From the NCBI GenBank assembly GCA_003614675.1, contig ML002214.1, forward strand, positions 1 to 64,000: a stretch of DNA of 64,000 nucleotides. Reading direction: 5' to 3'. The position numbers and the translations under genes were made by a program. Positions 47,046 through 60,346 of the stretch are shown here, one piece after another; position 1 is the first letter of the stretch; every line of letters begins with the position of its first letter. The stretch comes from Dimargaris cristalligena. Its lineage: Eukaryota. The notes beneath the pieces are model-generated. The model saw only the letters and a list, made by a program, of their open reading frames with translations, did not search any database and was not told the origin of the DNA.

Positions 47046-47872
47046 TCGGTACTCTTATAGTTACACTGCCGTCGGACCACTGGTCCTGCTCTGCCGGGAA
47101 TATGGCACAATATGCCCCTTGATGTAGCCTTTGGCAGTGTGTAGCACAACCCTTTGGCCAGGCCGCACTCGGCTTATTATAACAAGTGCCCCGTTAAAAA
47201 CTAGTAGACTATATTTTTTTCTGGACCATTTGCGGTGTTTCCTAGCCCATATTGTTTCGTACCAATAGGCAGAATCGAAATAATTTTTTCGCAACCCCCT
47301 GAACCTCCGTAGCTGTGTATTCACTTTCATCTCCATTTATCGTTAATATAATTCGGTAGTTTTCCTAGGTTTCTTACGGATCAACATGACGTCTATGAAG
47401 GGCTAGCTATTGTCTCAATAGTAGTGCCATGTGCAGCTGATACAGAGTCGATTTGGTGGCTTAAGTAGTCGCTGACAATCCGCAGCAATTGCCGGACAAC
47501 CCAAATGGTACTCGCCAGTCGTTATTCGATTTGTGGCTGCGGAGATGGAAACGAGGGAAAAGGATTGGCGAGTGGGACAAGACGAGCGGCTGTTTTACCA
47601 CCAATAACTTTGGCATGTTTTTTTTAAAGAAATCTAAAAAGGCCTGTTGCATATACCCCACCTATCCCTGATTTTTCATGCATTTAGTCTGGTATATATA
47701 TATATATATATATCAATGCGCTTCGCCACTGTCCCACTCTAAACCCCCATAGCTTCTTCCAGCTGTGTCTTTGCTTACTAATACCTACCCAGTGACCATT
47801 GCCGATTGACTCGACTTTTTACTTGTCCGTTTATTTGAACTACTTCACCCATTTTTCATATTATACTTCACC

Positions 47873-50800
47873 ATGACTTCGCTACAAGCCCAACGTCTGG
47901 GTGCTCTCCAGTCCCACACCGACAACATCCGCAACATTTGCATATTGGCCCATGTGGACCATGGCAAAACCACCTTATCGGATTCACTACTTACTACCAA
48001 CGGCGTGATTTCAGCCAAGTTGGCGGGGAAAATCCGGTACTTGGACAGTCGGGAGGATGAGCAGGAGCGAGGCATTACAATGGAATCGAGCGGAATCAGC
48101 CTGTACTTTAAAGTGCTCCGCCGGTCCGCCTCCAGCGCCGATTCTACCGAAGCTTCCACTACCCCGCCTTCAGCCTCGACCTCGACCCCGCCCGCCGACT
48201 CCACCCCGTCCATGGAAGCCCACGAATACCTCATTAACCTCATCGATTCACCTGGCCATGTGGACTTCTCCAGCGAAGTGTCGACGGCCTCGCGACTCTG
48301 CGACGGTGCCTTGGTGCTGGTTGACGTCATCGAAGGCGTGTGCACCCAAACCATTACAGTTCTCAAACAAGCCTGGACGGAAAATGTTCGGCCCGTTTTG
48401 GTACTCAACAAAATGGACCGGCTTATTACCGAGTGGCAAATGACCCCGACGGAAGCCTACCAGCACATGTGCCAGATTCTGGAACAGGTCAATGCGGTGA
48501 TGGCCACTTTCCTGACCGGCGAGATTCTGGAGGCCGACGCCCGCAAACTGGATGAAGCCAAGTTGAAAATGCTAGAAAATGCCGCCACTGATGGCCCCGA
48601 CACTACCTTGGACTGGGCCCTGAAGGAAATTGACGACTCCCAAATTTACTTTTCGCCCGAACTAGGCAACGTGATATTCGCCAGTGCTATCCATGGCTGG
48701 TCGTTCGGAATCAGCCACTTTGCCCAGCTCTATGCCGCCAAACTCAAAATCCGTGAGTCCGTCCTCCGCACCACTCTGTGGGGAGACTATTACCTTGACC
48801 CCAAGACTAAGCGTATCGTGCCCCACAAGGCCCTCAAAGGACGGGCCCTCAAGCCCCTGTTCGTCCAGTTTGTTCTGGAGAACATCTGGGCTGCCTATGA
48901 TGCGGTCATTATACACCCGGACCAAGCCCGCATTGAGAAAATCGTCCAAGCCCTTAAGCTCAAGTTTCTTCCTCGCGACCTCCGCACCAAGGACAGCCAG
49001 GCCTTAATTATGAATCTGATGAGCCAGTGGCTACCTCTATCCACCGCTGTTTTCCTCGCCGTTATCGAGAAGCTCCCCTCGCCCCGCCAGGCCCAGCAGG
49101 TGCGGATACCCAAATTGCTGTACCCGTTCGACGATGACGTGGCCGAACCCAAGAACGACTTGGAACGGGCCATGTTTGAGTGCGATACCTCCGAATCTGC
49201 CCCCATCACCATCTACGTGTCCAAAATGTTCTCAGTGCCCGTCAGCCAGTTGCCCGAGAACCAGCGTCGGCAGCTTTCGGCCGACGAGCTGCGAGCCCGG
49301 GGCAGGGTGGAACGTATCCGTCGGCAAGCAGACGAAGCAAATACCACCGGTCTAACTGGCGATGGCCAGCCCATTCCCATGGAGCAACTTGCCGAAACCA
49401 CCCGGGAACCCCAGGCAGAAACCAACTCATCCGAGAATGACCAAGCCTTGATTGGGTTTTGCCGAATTTATTCGGGTACAGTTCGGGAGGGTCAAGAGAT
49501 GTACGCCCTGTCCCCCAAGTACGACCATACCCTTCCTGTGGCGGTTCAGAGTCAGTATGTACACCGAGTAACCGTCGGAAAGCTGTACTTACTCATGGGA
49601 CGCGACCTGCTACCTGTGCCTCAAGTGATGGCCGGCAACGTCTTCGCTATGGCCGGCCTGGGTGACCAGGTCTTAAAATCGGCCACAATAAGTACCAGTC
49701 TGGAATGCCCGAGTCTCGGCTCCATATTGACTACCTCCGCGCCTATTGTCCGGGCCGCCCTCGAACCGGCGCGCCTGTCTGAGATGAGCCAACTGGTCCA
49801 CGGACTTAAACTGTTGAACCAATCGGACCCCTGTGTCGAAGTGTACCTTCAGGAAACCGGTGAGCACGTTATTGCCACCGCCGGTGAACTGCATCTCGAG
49901 CGGTGCCTCACTGACCTGCGAGAGCGATTCGCCCGGATTGAGATTCACGTTTCACCTCCGCTTGTGCCCTTCCGGGAAACCGTCGCTCCGCTACTGGCTC
50001 GTGGTGGCCAACAGCCACCTGCCGGTGAATCCAGTAACAGCGGACCCCCCGCCCGGGTGGCGACATCGGTACCGCCCAATTCGCGTGGGTTCCCGGTTGT
50101 ACCTTCCTCTGTAGTGACCGTCACCACAAGCAACGGAGTCTGTGATGTTACCATCTCATGCCGACCCCTCCCCGCCACCGTGGTCGCCTTCTTGGCCGAA
50201 CATCGGGAAACCATCAAACAACTGTGGACCGGGCGCAATTACCCCGACAGTGGCGAAGATGCCGTGGATACACTGGACACTAGTGGAGTAACCGCAGGTC
50301 GACCCGGCCACCAGCGTCTCCTGGGCTGGTACGAGTTTCGGGTCGCGCTTGAGGCCCTCTTCCGCGAAGATGAGGTGGAGCATAAGAGCCAGTGGGGCGC
50401 CGTGGTCGATAACATCTGGCTCTGCGGGCCTAAGCGTATTGGCCCCAACTTGTTTATCAACAATCTGGCCGACTACCAACCCAAACCAGTCACTCAGCAG
50501 CGCAGTAAGCACGCCACTGGCCCCGTGTCCCCGGATGCTTCGGCCTCCCAGTCGGATGCCCCTACACTCTCCACGGAGGCCTTGGCTGACCGGGTCGCCC
50601 AGCTGAATGTGGCTGAAGAACCCAGAACGGCGACTATAACCCTGCGCGACCTCGAGGAATCGGTGGCTACTGGGTTCCAACTTGCCACCCTCAACGGCCC
50701 GCTCTGCGCTGAACCGGTGGTAGGTCTGTGTTTCACTTTGGAAGGTTGCCAAATCCATTCGGACCGTTTGCCTAAGGCCAACGGGGAGAAGGAAGGGAGC

Positions 50801-51525
50801 GATGAGAGCGCCACGGCTGCTTGGTCGGTCCTCAAGAATACTCTACCCGGCCAGGTGATTATGGCCACCCGGGAAGCCTGCCGACAAAGCTTTTTGAGTT
50901 GGTCCCCTCGCCTGATGCTGGCCATGTACAGTGTGGAAATCCAGGCCACCAGTGAGGTACTCGGCAAAGTCTACGCGGTGATTGCCAAACGCCGAGGCCG
51001 TATCATTTCCGAGGAAATGAAAGACGGTACCTCGCTATTCCAAGTCCAGGCCCGTTTGCCTGTGGTGGAAAGCTTCGGGTTCGCCGATGATATTCGGAAA
51101 CGAACCTCCGGGGCGGCTAGTCCCCAGCTGCTGTTCAGCGGGTTCGAAATCTTGGAGGAAGATCCCTTCTGGGTACCCACGACCGAGGAGGAACTGGAAG
51201 ATCTCGGCGAAAAGTCGGATCGGGAGAATCTGGCCAAGAAATACGTGGATTCGGTCCGTAAACGCAAGGTAAGATATTCGACTATATATTTTTTAGAGTG
51301 GGAGGGGGTTTCCAATCAGCTTTTATATATATTAATGTTGAAAATGACCTTCACTTGCTACTGCAAATTAACTTACCATCCCTTCGCCCTCGATTGTAAC
51401 ACTACTACCCCCGCCTTTTGCCCTACTTCCACACCAACTTTCCAAATTGATCAACGCCATAGGGCATGTTTGTCGAAAAGAAAATAGTCGAATCGGCCGA
51501 AAAGCAACGGACTCTCAAGAAGTAG
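47873..51525 (+). CDS. RIA1: EF-2-like GTPase Ria1/EFL1; exons 47873-51268 and 51463-51525
   Basis: AHVDHGKT, DEQERGITM, DSPGH, NKMD, TSGAASPQL, DPFWVPTTEEELEDLG and terminal AEKQRTLKK*. Confidence 0.96.
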
Positions 51526-51909
51526 TACGGCCACTGTTTGCGTTTCTCTTCCCAATTAGTTTCGGTATTAGGGGAATTTATTTTCTGAATCATATAGCAT
51601 CTATCGCAGTGTAGTCCAAGTTTATTTCTACATCTTATATAAACGCCTCTGTTGAACCCCTACCCTGGTATTATTTAAAAGAAAATTGAAGATGACCAAC
51701 TTAACCAGCCAAATTCTAGCCATAGTTATGGGCTGAGCATGCTCTATAGTAGTAATAGTAGTAGTAGTAGTTGGTATAATTTAATATTTGGTGGGTTATA
51801 CAACCCGTTTTGCTAATCACCAAGGTTTATTGCAGTTGTTCACATGTAGATAGATGGCATGAATCCAGTGGTAGGTAGTTTGCGGTGGACCAGTGTCAAT
51901 GCATTATCC

Positions 51910-52463
51910 TTAAAAGGAGCTCGTGTTTCGCCGTTCGAGAGCTAAGGTCGGGCCCAATTTGGGGGAATGGGAGAGGGATCAGAAAAGTAGTGGGTTAGAT
52001 TGGTTCATACAGTGGCAATATGGTGGAAAAGGCGGAACAGTTTCTGGCTAAAGCTAACGAGTGCATCGGAAAGGATATGTGGCAAGAACTTACGGTTATA
52101 GTGGAGCAGCTTTTCAATCAAATCGACGTGGGTGAGCACCATACGGCGACAGCAGAAGCGCTCCAGGCCGAGGATATCCAGAGCCTCTCTGGTTCAGAGA
52201 TAATCACAAAGAGTGTATATATACAAATTCCGTATTGGATAAGGACTAGGTTAGTTACGGCTGAGGGGAATATCAGTGCAGGGAGTGGGGTAGCCGGCGA
52301 CACATAGTACCCGATGCGCCTTGCCAACGGTATGTAGATAAAAAAGTTGGGGTGATAGGAGGACGTACCCTTCGTTGTATTCACTCTGGAGGAGCTGCAG
52401 GTATTTGCCCCATTTGTTGCCAATGACTTTGCCGCAAGAGAAGCAACGAACTGGGATGATCAT
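51910..52463 (-). CDS. RPB10: RNA polymerase I/II/III shared subunit Rpb10; exons 52463-52369, 52188-52094, 51941-51910
   Basis: [18 protein letters not shown]...[33 protein letters not shown]. Confidence 0.96.
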
Positions 52464-53772
52464 GTTGGATTCGGAGGGGAGCTGTGACGGGAAAAGGGAG
52501 TAGTAAAAAAGGGTCGAACGCGGAACGGCAATCGAACAATGTAAGGAAATGGAAAGAGGTTGGAAATAATGGACAAAGCCAAGGCGAGCTATAAAAAAAT
52601 TACAAGGAGCACACACCATACAACGGAGAGAGGGGTTGTTCGTCAATACTCGCCCTCTGGGAATCCAAAGGAACAACCTTCGGCTAATAGGGTATAGAAA
52701 TCGGTTTTTTTTCCAAAATCCGAAAAGCTCGTTTTAGTTGTTAACTTCGCGTCAGTTGACTAAGCAAGCCTTATCCACCTCTACGGATTTAGGGACCACG
52801 GTGGGATCTTAATTTTGGACGAATCCTATCGGATAATACACTCTTCACCACAGCTTCCCCAACGCTTGACCCAGTAATGGTGGTGGCACTCTAGCCCAGC
52901 TAATATAGTAGGGGGAAGTTGGTGGTGATGCCCAGATGCAGACACTGAGAGTTCGTTGTATTTATCCGCTTACTGTGTGGCCAACTACATTGATATTTAG
53001 AGTGGAACGCGCCAGCATGGCCAAGAATAGGCTGATCAAATAGAGCAATTGATCCATAAGTGCAGTATTATAGACGCTGACAACAAGAAAGTTGGTATTA
53101 GGAAGGGGACGCGGATGCAAGGACACCGTTCCTGGCTAAAGAGATGTATTGTGGCATAGATAAGGACAGCAATTCCCCATGTGGGCTAAGCCAGATGTGC
53201 CGCTGCATCAAGCGAAATTGATGTGGAGCTTGTATTAAACTAGATATTTACCATAGCCCCATTTTATGCGTAAAGGGTTAATTAATGGACATGCAATTAT
53301 GTTGCCCAGAGCATAAGGGAGGAGGGGGACGGGTGTTGTTGGTACTACTACTACTACTACTCCTAACTAATACACAGCCAAGACATTCCCGTCAAATTAT
53401 AATGCCAGAGTCCCTTCCCTATGAACCCGCCCCACCCCACCACACAGTGAAAGTGTCGCAGTCTAAACCTTGTCCAGTTTGAGATTCATCCCTAAGATCC
53501 ATCTTTGCTTCTTTTCTTGTTATTTTCGCTCATTACTCACCTTCACGGTAAGTGTTCCCCCGTCGACGTCGTCTTATCCGGCCGAGATCCACCGCCGATC
53601 TCACTCAAACCCCCACCTGGATTCCTTGGTTATTACCAGTCTGAATCCTCTACTAACCTCCCCACTGCCATTGTCTTACATGTTTCCCTGGTTTCCTTCC
53701 CAATCCCCCTCAGAACCCCCCCTCGCCACTATTCCTCCCCTCCCCACACATATACACACTAGCATCACCACC

Positions 53773-54432
53773 ATGTACCGATCCGCCGCTCTCCGTGTTG
53801 CTTCCCGCATGACCGTCCGGGCCCTCCCCGCCCGTTTGGCTGGCTCAGTCGCCCGTACCACTCTGGCCCTTCCCCGTGCCGCCTTCCCCGTCACCGCCCG
53901 CTACACCTCCCCTCTCATGTCTCTGGCTCCCCGCTTCTACTCTTCGGCCGCTGCCCTGACCCCCGAAATCATTCAGGAGCGCATCTTTGAAGTGCTGCGT
54001 GACTTCGCCAAGGTTCCCCAGGACAAGGTAAACCTGGCCCCCTCTACCTCACATTATACATATAAAGACGGTTCCTTGGGATATAATGGAACCCCTGGTC
54101 CGGGTGGTGGGGTAACTGGAATTTGACCGGGACCACCCCTGGATAAATCATAGGTAGACCTTCCACCACCTTATCCACCCAGTCATCCGGAATAGTTATT
54201 AATCTTCCCCCATATACCCACCAACTTCACCATGCCCCTTTCTACATTCCCATAGCTCTCCCCCAATGCCGACTTCTCCAAGGATTTGGGTCTGGATAGT
54301 CTGGACATCGTCGAGGTCGTCATGGCCATCGAGGAGGAATTCACCATCGAAATCCCCGATAAGCAGGCCGATGAGATCCGGACTGTCGACCAGGCCGTGC
54401 AGTACATATCTCATGCTGAAGGTGCCATCTAA
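53773..54432 (+). CDS. ACP1: Mitochondrial acyl carrier protein; exons 53773-54027 and 54256-54432
   Basis: Arg/Ala-rich presequence; [20 protein letters not shown] phosphopantetheine motif. Confidence 0.95.
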
Positions 54433-54783
54433 ATACTGAATTGGCCCAATTCACTTTTTTACTCAGCCGACCCGTTCCTCCTAACCCCACCCCTCCCATT
54501 ACTTTTGTCTCATTCATACACCACCCCCCTATCCCTCCTTTATAGTTCATTTTTACTTCTTTTCCTCACCTGGTTGTTCCAGCGATTCAATCCCACTGGC
54601 AACCGGGTGATTTTATTCTTTTCAGCTATAAAATATTTGACTAGGCTACTTTTCGTCAGTATTTGGGATATCGTCCATGGGTTGCTAGATTCTAATCCAA
54701 CCACGTTACTCGCCGGTTGTTTTTTCAGAGGCTTGTCGATCGTCGATAAAATAATAAACCAAATTACTATTTATTTATTTATA

Positions 54784-54921
54784 TGGGAGTAGTTCAACAA
54801 GGCTGTATAACGAAAAATCCATTTGATAGGGCAAATACTACTGGTTGAAAATTAACATCCCGCCAATTTTCCCATACACATATTAGTTAAACCCTTATAC
54901 AACTAAGCTGCACTTCACCCA
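54784..54921 (+). mobile_element. 138-bp MITE, copy 3
   Basis: TA-TGGGAGTAGTTCAACAAGGCTGTATAA...TTATACAACTAAGCTGCACTTCACCCA-TA, between the convergent ACP1 and HOT 3' ends. Confidence 0.88.
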
Positions 54922-55182
54922 TATATATATAGTTACCATATTGTAGCCAGCAGGACTCAAGTGATGGTCCATTCTCGGACACCTTCACATATGGGACACC
55001 ATCTGCCTTAAAGAGGCATAATTAAGTTGAAATAGTGAAAGTTCTTCGGGATCTAGAGTATATCAGTAAATTGGCATCTTGGCCAAAGTAGAAAATAGCC
55101 CCGATATGCTGAATAGACCCAGCGGATTCGAACGGCCCCAACTAAACTAAATTCAAGGCAATCCATATTCCATCTATTGGGT

Positions 55183-57400
55183 TTAATAAATACTCAAGGA
55201 CTTCTCGAAGATACCCTGGAGGTCTTCCTTGGCCGCCTCGACCGGGGCCAATTTGATGACGCGGTGCTGGGGCAGGGTACCCTCCACCAGCGCGGGAATA
55301 TCCTGTGAACCAAAGCCCAGAGCACCAATCCCATTAGGAACCTTTAGATCGTCGAAGAAGCGGCGAAGGCGGTCGGACAGGATAGAACCCGCATCGGCCA
55401 ATTTGGCATGGGTCGTGTCGGCACCTTTAATCATCAAACAAATCAATTACCATAGTTTGAGCCGATAAACAGAGTAAGTGAGAGAGTGAGTGGTGCGTAT
55501 TCTAAATACTGTCCACCCGGACAGGGTGAAATATGCAAGCCCGGGTGTCTATAGCACTGGGCCCGCAGCCACAACCAAAGGCATTAGTGCTGAAAATTCC
55601 ATCATTAGCATGCCTCTAATACTGTAGGAATTCCTGAAATCATATCACTTACCGAACAGTTTCGCAATTTCCATGTGGCGCTCCGGGTACATTTGGGAGG
55701 TAAACTGGAACACCGCCGGCGCGGTCACGGCCACGGAAATACCGTGGGGGACAATGTTGTGGCCCACCTGGTACTGGGGATGGGAGTAGTCCTTGTTTAA
55801 CCCACTAATGGGGTAGGACATGCCATGGCACAGGTGCACCCCGGCGTTACCGAACCCGATACCCGCGAACGTGGCCGCCAGCAGCATCTGACTCTGGGCC
55901 TCGTGGTCCAGGGGGTCCTTGACGACCCGGGGCAGGTACTTGATGACCATTTCCAGGGACTTGATGGACCACACGTCGCTGATGGGGTTCGACCCCTGGT
56001 AGGCGGGGCGCTCCAACGGATTGGCCGGTGGAGCTGAGCGTAAGTTGTAGGGAATCGCGGTGTAGGACTCCATGGCGTGGCACAGGACATCCAAGCCCGA
56101 GGCCAGGTGGACCTGGGTGGGCATACTGCGGGTGTTCAGTGGGTCGACAATACCGAGCAGGGGCTTCAGGGCGCGGTGGGCAATGCCCGTTTTGACGCGA
56201 AGGGGCTTGTAGTCGAAAATGGCGGTGCCGGTGGTTTCACTACCCGTACCCGCGGTGGTCGGGATGGCAATCAGCGGCATCAGGGTCTTGTCGATGGGGC
56301 GCCCTTTGCCGATGGGTGCGTTGACGAAATCCAGGAAGTCCGCCTCGGGGTAGCTGGAGTAGAGGTTGGCGGCCTTGGCCGTATCCATCACGGAACCTCC
56401 GCCAACGGCTAGGAAAGAGTCGACTTGGTGCTTTTGGGCAAACGAAATGGCATCCCGGAAGCTTCATACAGAGGTAGATAGAACCGAAGAGGAAACCAGA
56501 CCTTTTACTATTAGATCAAGAGGAACGGGGGTAGTTAAGGGATATTAAAAACGTAAATTCAGGATAGTTCTTATATCAGTAGGTGGCAAGGAATACCTAC
56601 CTGGCGTCACTTGGCTCAATGCGCACCCGGTCGTAGAGCACGTAGTTGACATTATGGTCGTTCAGTGAGCGAAGGGCCTCCTGAACTGGATGAAGGTCTT
56701 TGAGCTATTATTGGGTCACAAGTACAAACAAGGTCATCACCGATGTGGATAGACATGGCATAGTGGCCATTCGTATGGTACGTTAATTTAGAATATAGTG
56801 GGCAAGTGCCCTTGACTTTAGCCGGAACTCTACTTAAACAAATGAGTGAGTGACTTAAACAAAGCAACCATGCCTAATGCCAGCTACTTACGTTGGGGTC
56901 GGTCAGAACACACACTTTCTTCGTCTTAAGATTACGGAGGTCCATCCCGACTTCGCTAATTTTTTATGAAAACAAAAAGATTGCCAAGCACAGCCAAGGA
57001 TAAATATCTGGTCAAGTACGTCCGAATATGTGCTCATAAGTCCAACATGCCCGATAACCACCCGGTTACAGAGCCCAGACCAGCTTTGCGCGATACTTGG
57101 AGGGAAGTGGTATCTAATCTAGTTCTAGTATTGCGCCATAGTAGTCCAAAGAAAGGGAGCGGCGACGACTTACCGAGTAGCCCCTTCACCAAAACGAATA
57201 TTGGAGCTGGCCATTTCAAAGGCGTACTCCTGGGCGGGACGCTCGGCGGACTTTCCGGAAGCGAAGCGAGGGGGGACCTTGCCGGAGCAGACGTGGGGGG
57301 TGGTCGGGTGACGGGCGTGGGCCGGACAGAGGCAGCGCTGGCCCACTTGTTGGAGTAGTCGCAATGAGCGGGCGGCGGGAGTGAGAATGGAAGACGCCAT
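55183..57400 (-). CDS. ADHFE1: Hydroxyacid-oxoacid transhydrogenase (HOT, Fe-ADH family), mitochondrial; exons 57400-57174, 56955-56892, 56704-56601, 56461-55653, 55424-55183
   Basis: EYAFEMASSNIRFGEG, VGGGSVMDTAKAANLY, PTTAGTGSETTG, RPAYQGSNPISD and GNAGVHLCHGMSYPISG. Confidence 0.94.
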
Positions 57401-59623
57401 GGCACACCGGAGTTTAGGGTCAATGAGAATAACGGACGAGGCAGGTAGGTGGTTGGGTAGTTAGTGAGTTAGTTAGTTAGTTGGGAAACAAGTTAGGCCG
57501 GAAAAGGGGTTCAGTGCGCTGGCCAAGGCAACCCAGCGCATTTAATGGGGATTTGAATGTGTGACTTTCCTTTACGTGGGCCACTGTGTGTTTAAATGAT
57601 GGGCTGCCTAATATGTATGTGACCTTCCCCCCTTTTCCCATCCCTTTCCCAGGGTCACGCGCAACAAAACCCCCCTTGGGACTGCTCAGTTTGATGAATC
57701 GCAGTGCCCACGCCCTTTCCCCCGCCCAATAATCACCCATCCTCATGACGGCCGTACTCAGGGAAATTACTCCGCCGATTCGTCAACTCTTACCCTTATC
57801 CTTATGAATAGCCGGTACACATCGACCTGTTGAAGGCCCCCCTCCCACTTAAATAAGCCATGCACTGATGCTACTATACGATTCATTTAATCGGAGGCTT
57901 AAACCACAGGATAGCAGGCCAGTAAAATTAAAAGAAAAGGGTAAAGGTTATTCCGGCACGTAGACTCCTGGATATCATAACCGAACCGGGGTCCACCCAA
58001 GAAGCTGCTTTAATAACCATTTGTATTTTAAATGATGGACCACCTCGACCTTCCTCCTGATATAATGTTCCTATTAACTTTACTTGTTGTCATTTCGGTT
58101 GGAGCAGTGCTAGTAAGTATCAGGGTTTAAAGCAATGCCGAGTACCCCATGAATTCAAGCTTCAAAGGCCCGCACAGAAAATTACTGAGCCGTAGAACCA
58201 CCAAACCATTGGAAATTAAAATAGTTCCCCATTAACGCATCATGTTCAATAAATTAGAAATGGCCTGAATGTTGGGTGTTCTTTTTGAGTATCAGTCTGT
58301 GGAAATGAAGTAATCTCTTGGTTTATTCCAGCCGCATATGTTACCCCAGCGATTCCGGCATATTCAGCATCAATGTGGAAGGGATTCGGGACAACTATAT
58401 AGTAAAAGGATCGTAGTATGGGGTGGGTTTTCACTGGTTAATGGTATACTATAATCAACCGTCGCCCCGCTTACGTTTTACCCAAAATCCTATATGATTG
58501 GGTTGGGTGTCACCCATACCAGATTAGGCCGTTGGTGCAGTTGTATTGATACAATGTGAGATTAGGGCCCTGTAATACCGTGGCAGCCATATAGGACTAT
58601 GGTATCCAGTACCGACCGACACCCCCGCCAAAACCGTTCAAATTGAACGGGTGAATTAGATCGTATACATTCTCCGACTAATGGGTATTTAATTTTCCAT
58701 GCCTCGGTTCCCGATTTTCCGACAGCACCCCAATATCCAGTCGTGGCCACAAGACAATACAGCGATAGTTATGGGGCCGTCAGCTTACTGCAAGTTCCCC
58801 ATCCTCACGATCGATGTTATATTGCCCCCCTTGAATCGAGTCGCTACTATTTCCCCGTTTAATTGCTATTCCCTTTACCTTCCGAATCCTCCACCAGGCT
58901 TGGCCGGATTTAGCAACCGCTGTAGAACATTACCTGATGTCCCCCGTCAACCAGTAACTAGTTGTCTGTAAGTACCCCTTGCAAAACTGTCCTCAGCGAC
59001 CAATCTCTGCCATTTCTGAGTATCGCGGTATCGTAATTATGTGTGATTCTAAACCCAGTCCGGAATTTTTCCGGGTATTATATATGCAAGTTTAGCCCCC
59101 TATTAAATCCGACTCTGCCTAACCATTGCCAATTCCAGAAAACTGGGTTATGTTGCCCCATCCGAACCACTATTGCCATTCCTGACAACATTGGTATACT
59201 TCTGGAAACCATGAGACTGCTCGATGCCATCCCTACCATGCGGGTCTTCAGCAGGTGGGCTATACCAGTTAAAATCGGCGGATCTCCCATATGAATCATT
59301 CATCCTAACCACCATTTACCCATGGATGCCCAAATCAACCACCCCACAATACCACAAAGAGCTTGCTCCTAAATCGGCTACTTTAACAAGATAGCGAGGC
59401 CTTCAACTGGCGTTATAATCCAGCTACCCATCGTCAAAGGCTATATTTTACCAATATGGCTTAGTAGAACCTCGCTTTACTGATGGGAATAATTTTAAAG
59501 ATAAATGTACCGCATTGGAAGGGGGCGGTCCGAAAACGCCGCACCAGCCACCGTCAGTGAAACGGACTGGAATTTGGCGAGTTCGCGTGGTTCCACCGGA
59601 GGAACCCCTATCAATGGTTGGAA

Positions 59624-60346
59624 CTATTCATTGTTAGGCGGACAGTTGTTAGCCCGGCTATGGCACTTGGACGTCGTCATATGTCTTTTCAAGACGTCTT
59701 CGCGAGGGTAGCTCTTATTACACTGTTGACAGTTGAAAGACCTTTCACCTGTATGAGTAAGTAGGTGACGATCGCGTCCATACCGGCGGACGAACACTTT
59801 TTTGCAAACCGGGCAGTCTAGGGTGGTTTTCAAATATGCTTTCATGTCTTTGTAGTACGGACTGGTTTCGTAAGCCCACGCTTGCACATCACTGAGGTCC
59901 CAGCTAACCTCCACGCCGGGATTTAGTGGCTTGAAATTCAGGACCGAATAGCTTCCGCTTCCCGAACCGGAACCACTGGCCTCGGCCCCAAGGCTTACGC
60001 CCCCAGACCCGGTCCCGTTGACCAACCCGTCGAAGGTGAACAACTCTTCATTAGAGTAAGCTTGTTTCACTTCATCATCATTTAAGTAGAGCTCGAGAAA
60101 GGTAATGTAGATGGCCAGCTCTTTACCGTTAACTGTAGAAATATAGTCCGACACTTCTTTCCATGATGCTTCCCTGTAGAAGGGTCCTAGGGCCAAATGG
60201 GCTGCTGCATCCTCGTAGCCAATATCGGGGCTTGATAAATTGAGTAGGTCGTTGAGTTTGATGCCCTGATTATCCTGTTCAGAACCGTGGCTGAGAGCGA
60301 CTGCGCCCAGAAGGAGTAATAGACCCGCTGCGCCAAAGAAACGCAT
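59624..60346 (-). CDS. Signal-peptide protein with C-terminal tandem C2H2/C2HC zinc fingers (candidate secreted TF effector)
   Basis: MRFFGAAGLLLLLGAVALSHG signal; acidic helical region; GS linker; CPVC-x12-HLLTH, TGERSF linker, CQQC-x12-H-x5-C. In-frame TGA 10 codons upstream with no intervening AG; minus-strand TATAAA near 60515. Confidence 0.85.
   Translation of the reverse strand: MRFFGAAGLLLLLGAVALSHGSEQDNQGIKLNDLLNLSSPDIGYEDAAAHLALGPFYREASWKEVSDYISTVNGKELAIYITFLELYLNDDEVKQAYSNEELFTFDGLVNGTGSGGVSLGAEASGSGSGSGSYSVLNFKPLNPGVEVSWDLSDVQAWAYETSPYYKDMKAYLKTTLDCPVCKKVFVRRYGRDRHLLTHTGERSFNCQQCNKSYPREDVLKRHMTTSKCHSRANNCPPNNE

Noticed and set aside
51269-51487. ORF-track C-terminus of RIA1
   Set aside because: Read-through of a GTAAGA..TAG intron; the spliced exon restores the conserved AEKQRTLKK end.
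55110-55140. GTTCGAATCC B-box on the - strand
   Set aside because: T-stem mismatched and no cloverleaf; within the HOT 3'-UTR.
55505-55592. Two hairpins plus ACA in the last HOT intron (H/ACA-like)
   Set aside because: Hairpins too short, no valid ANANNA hinge or guide pockets.
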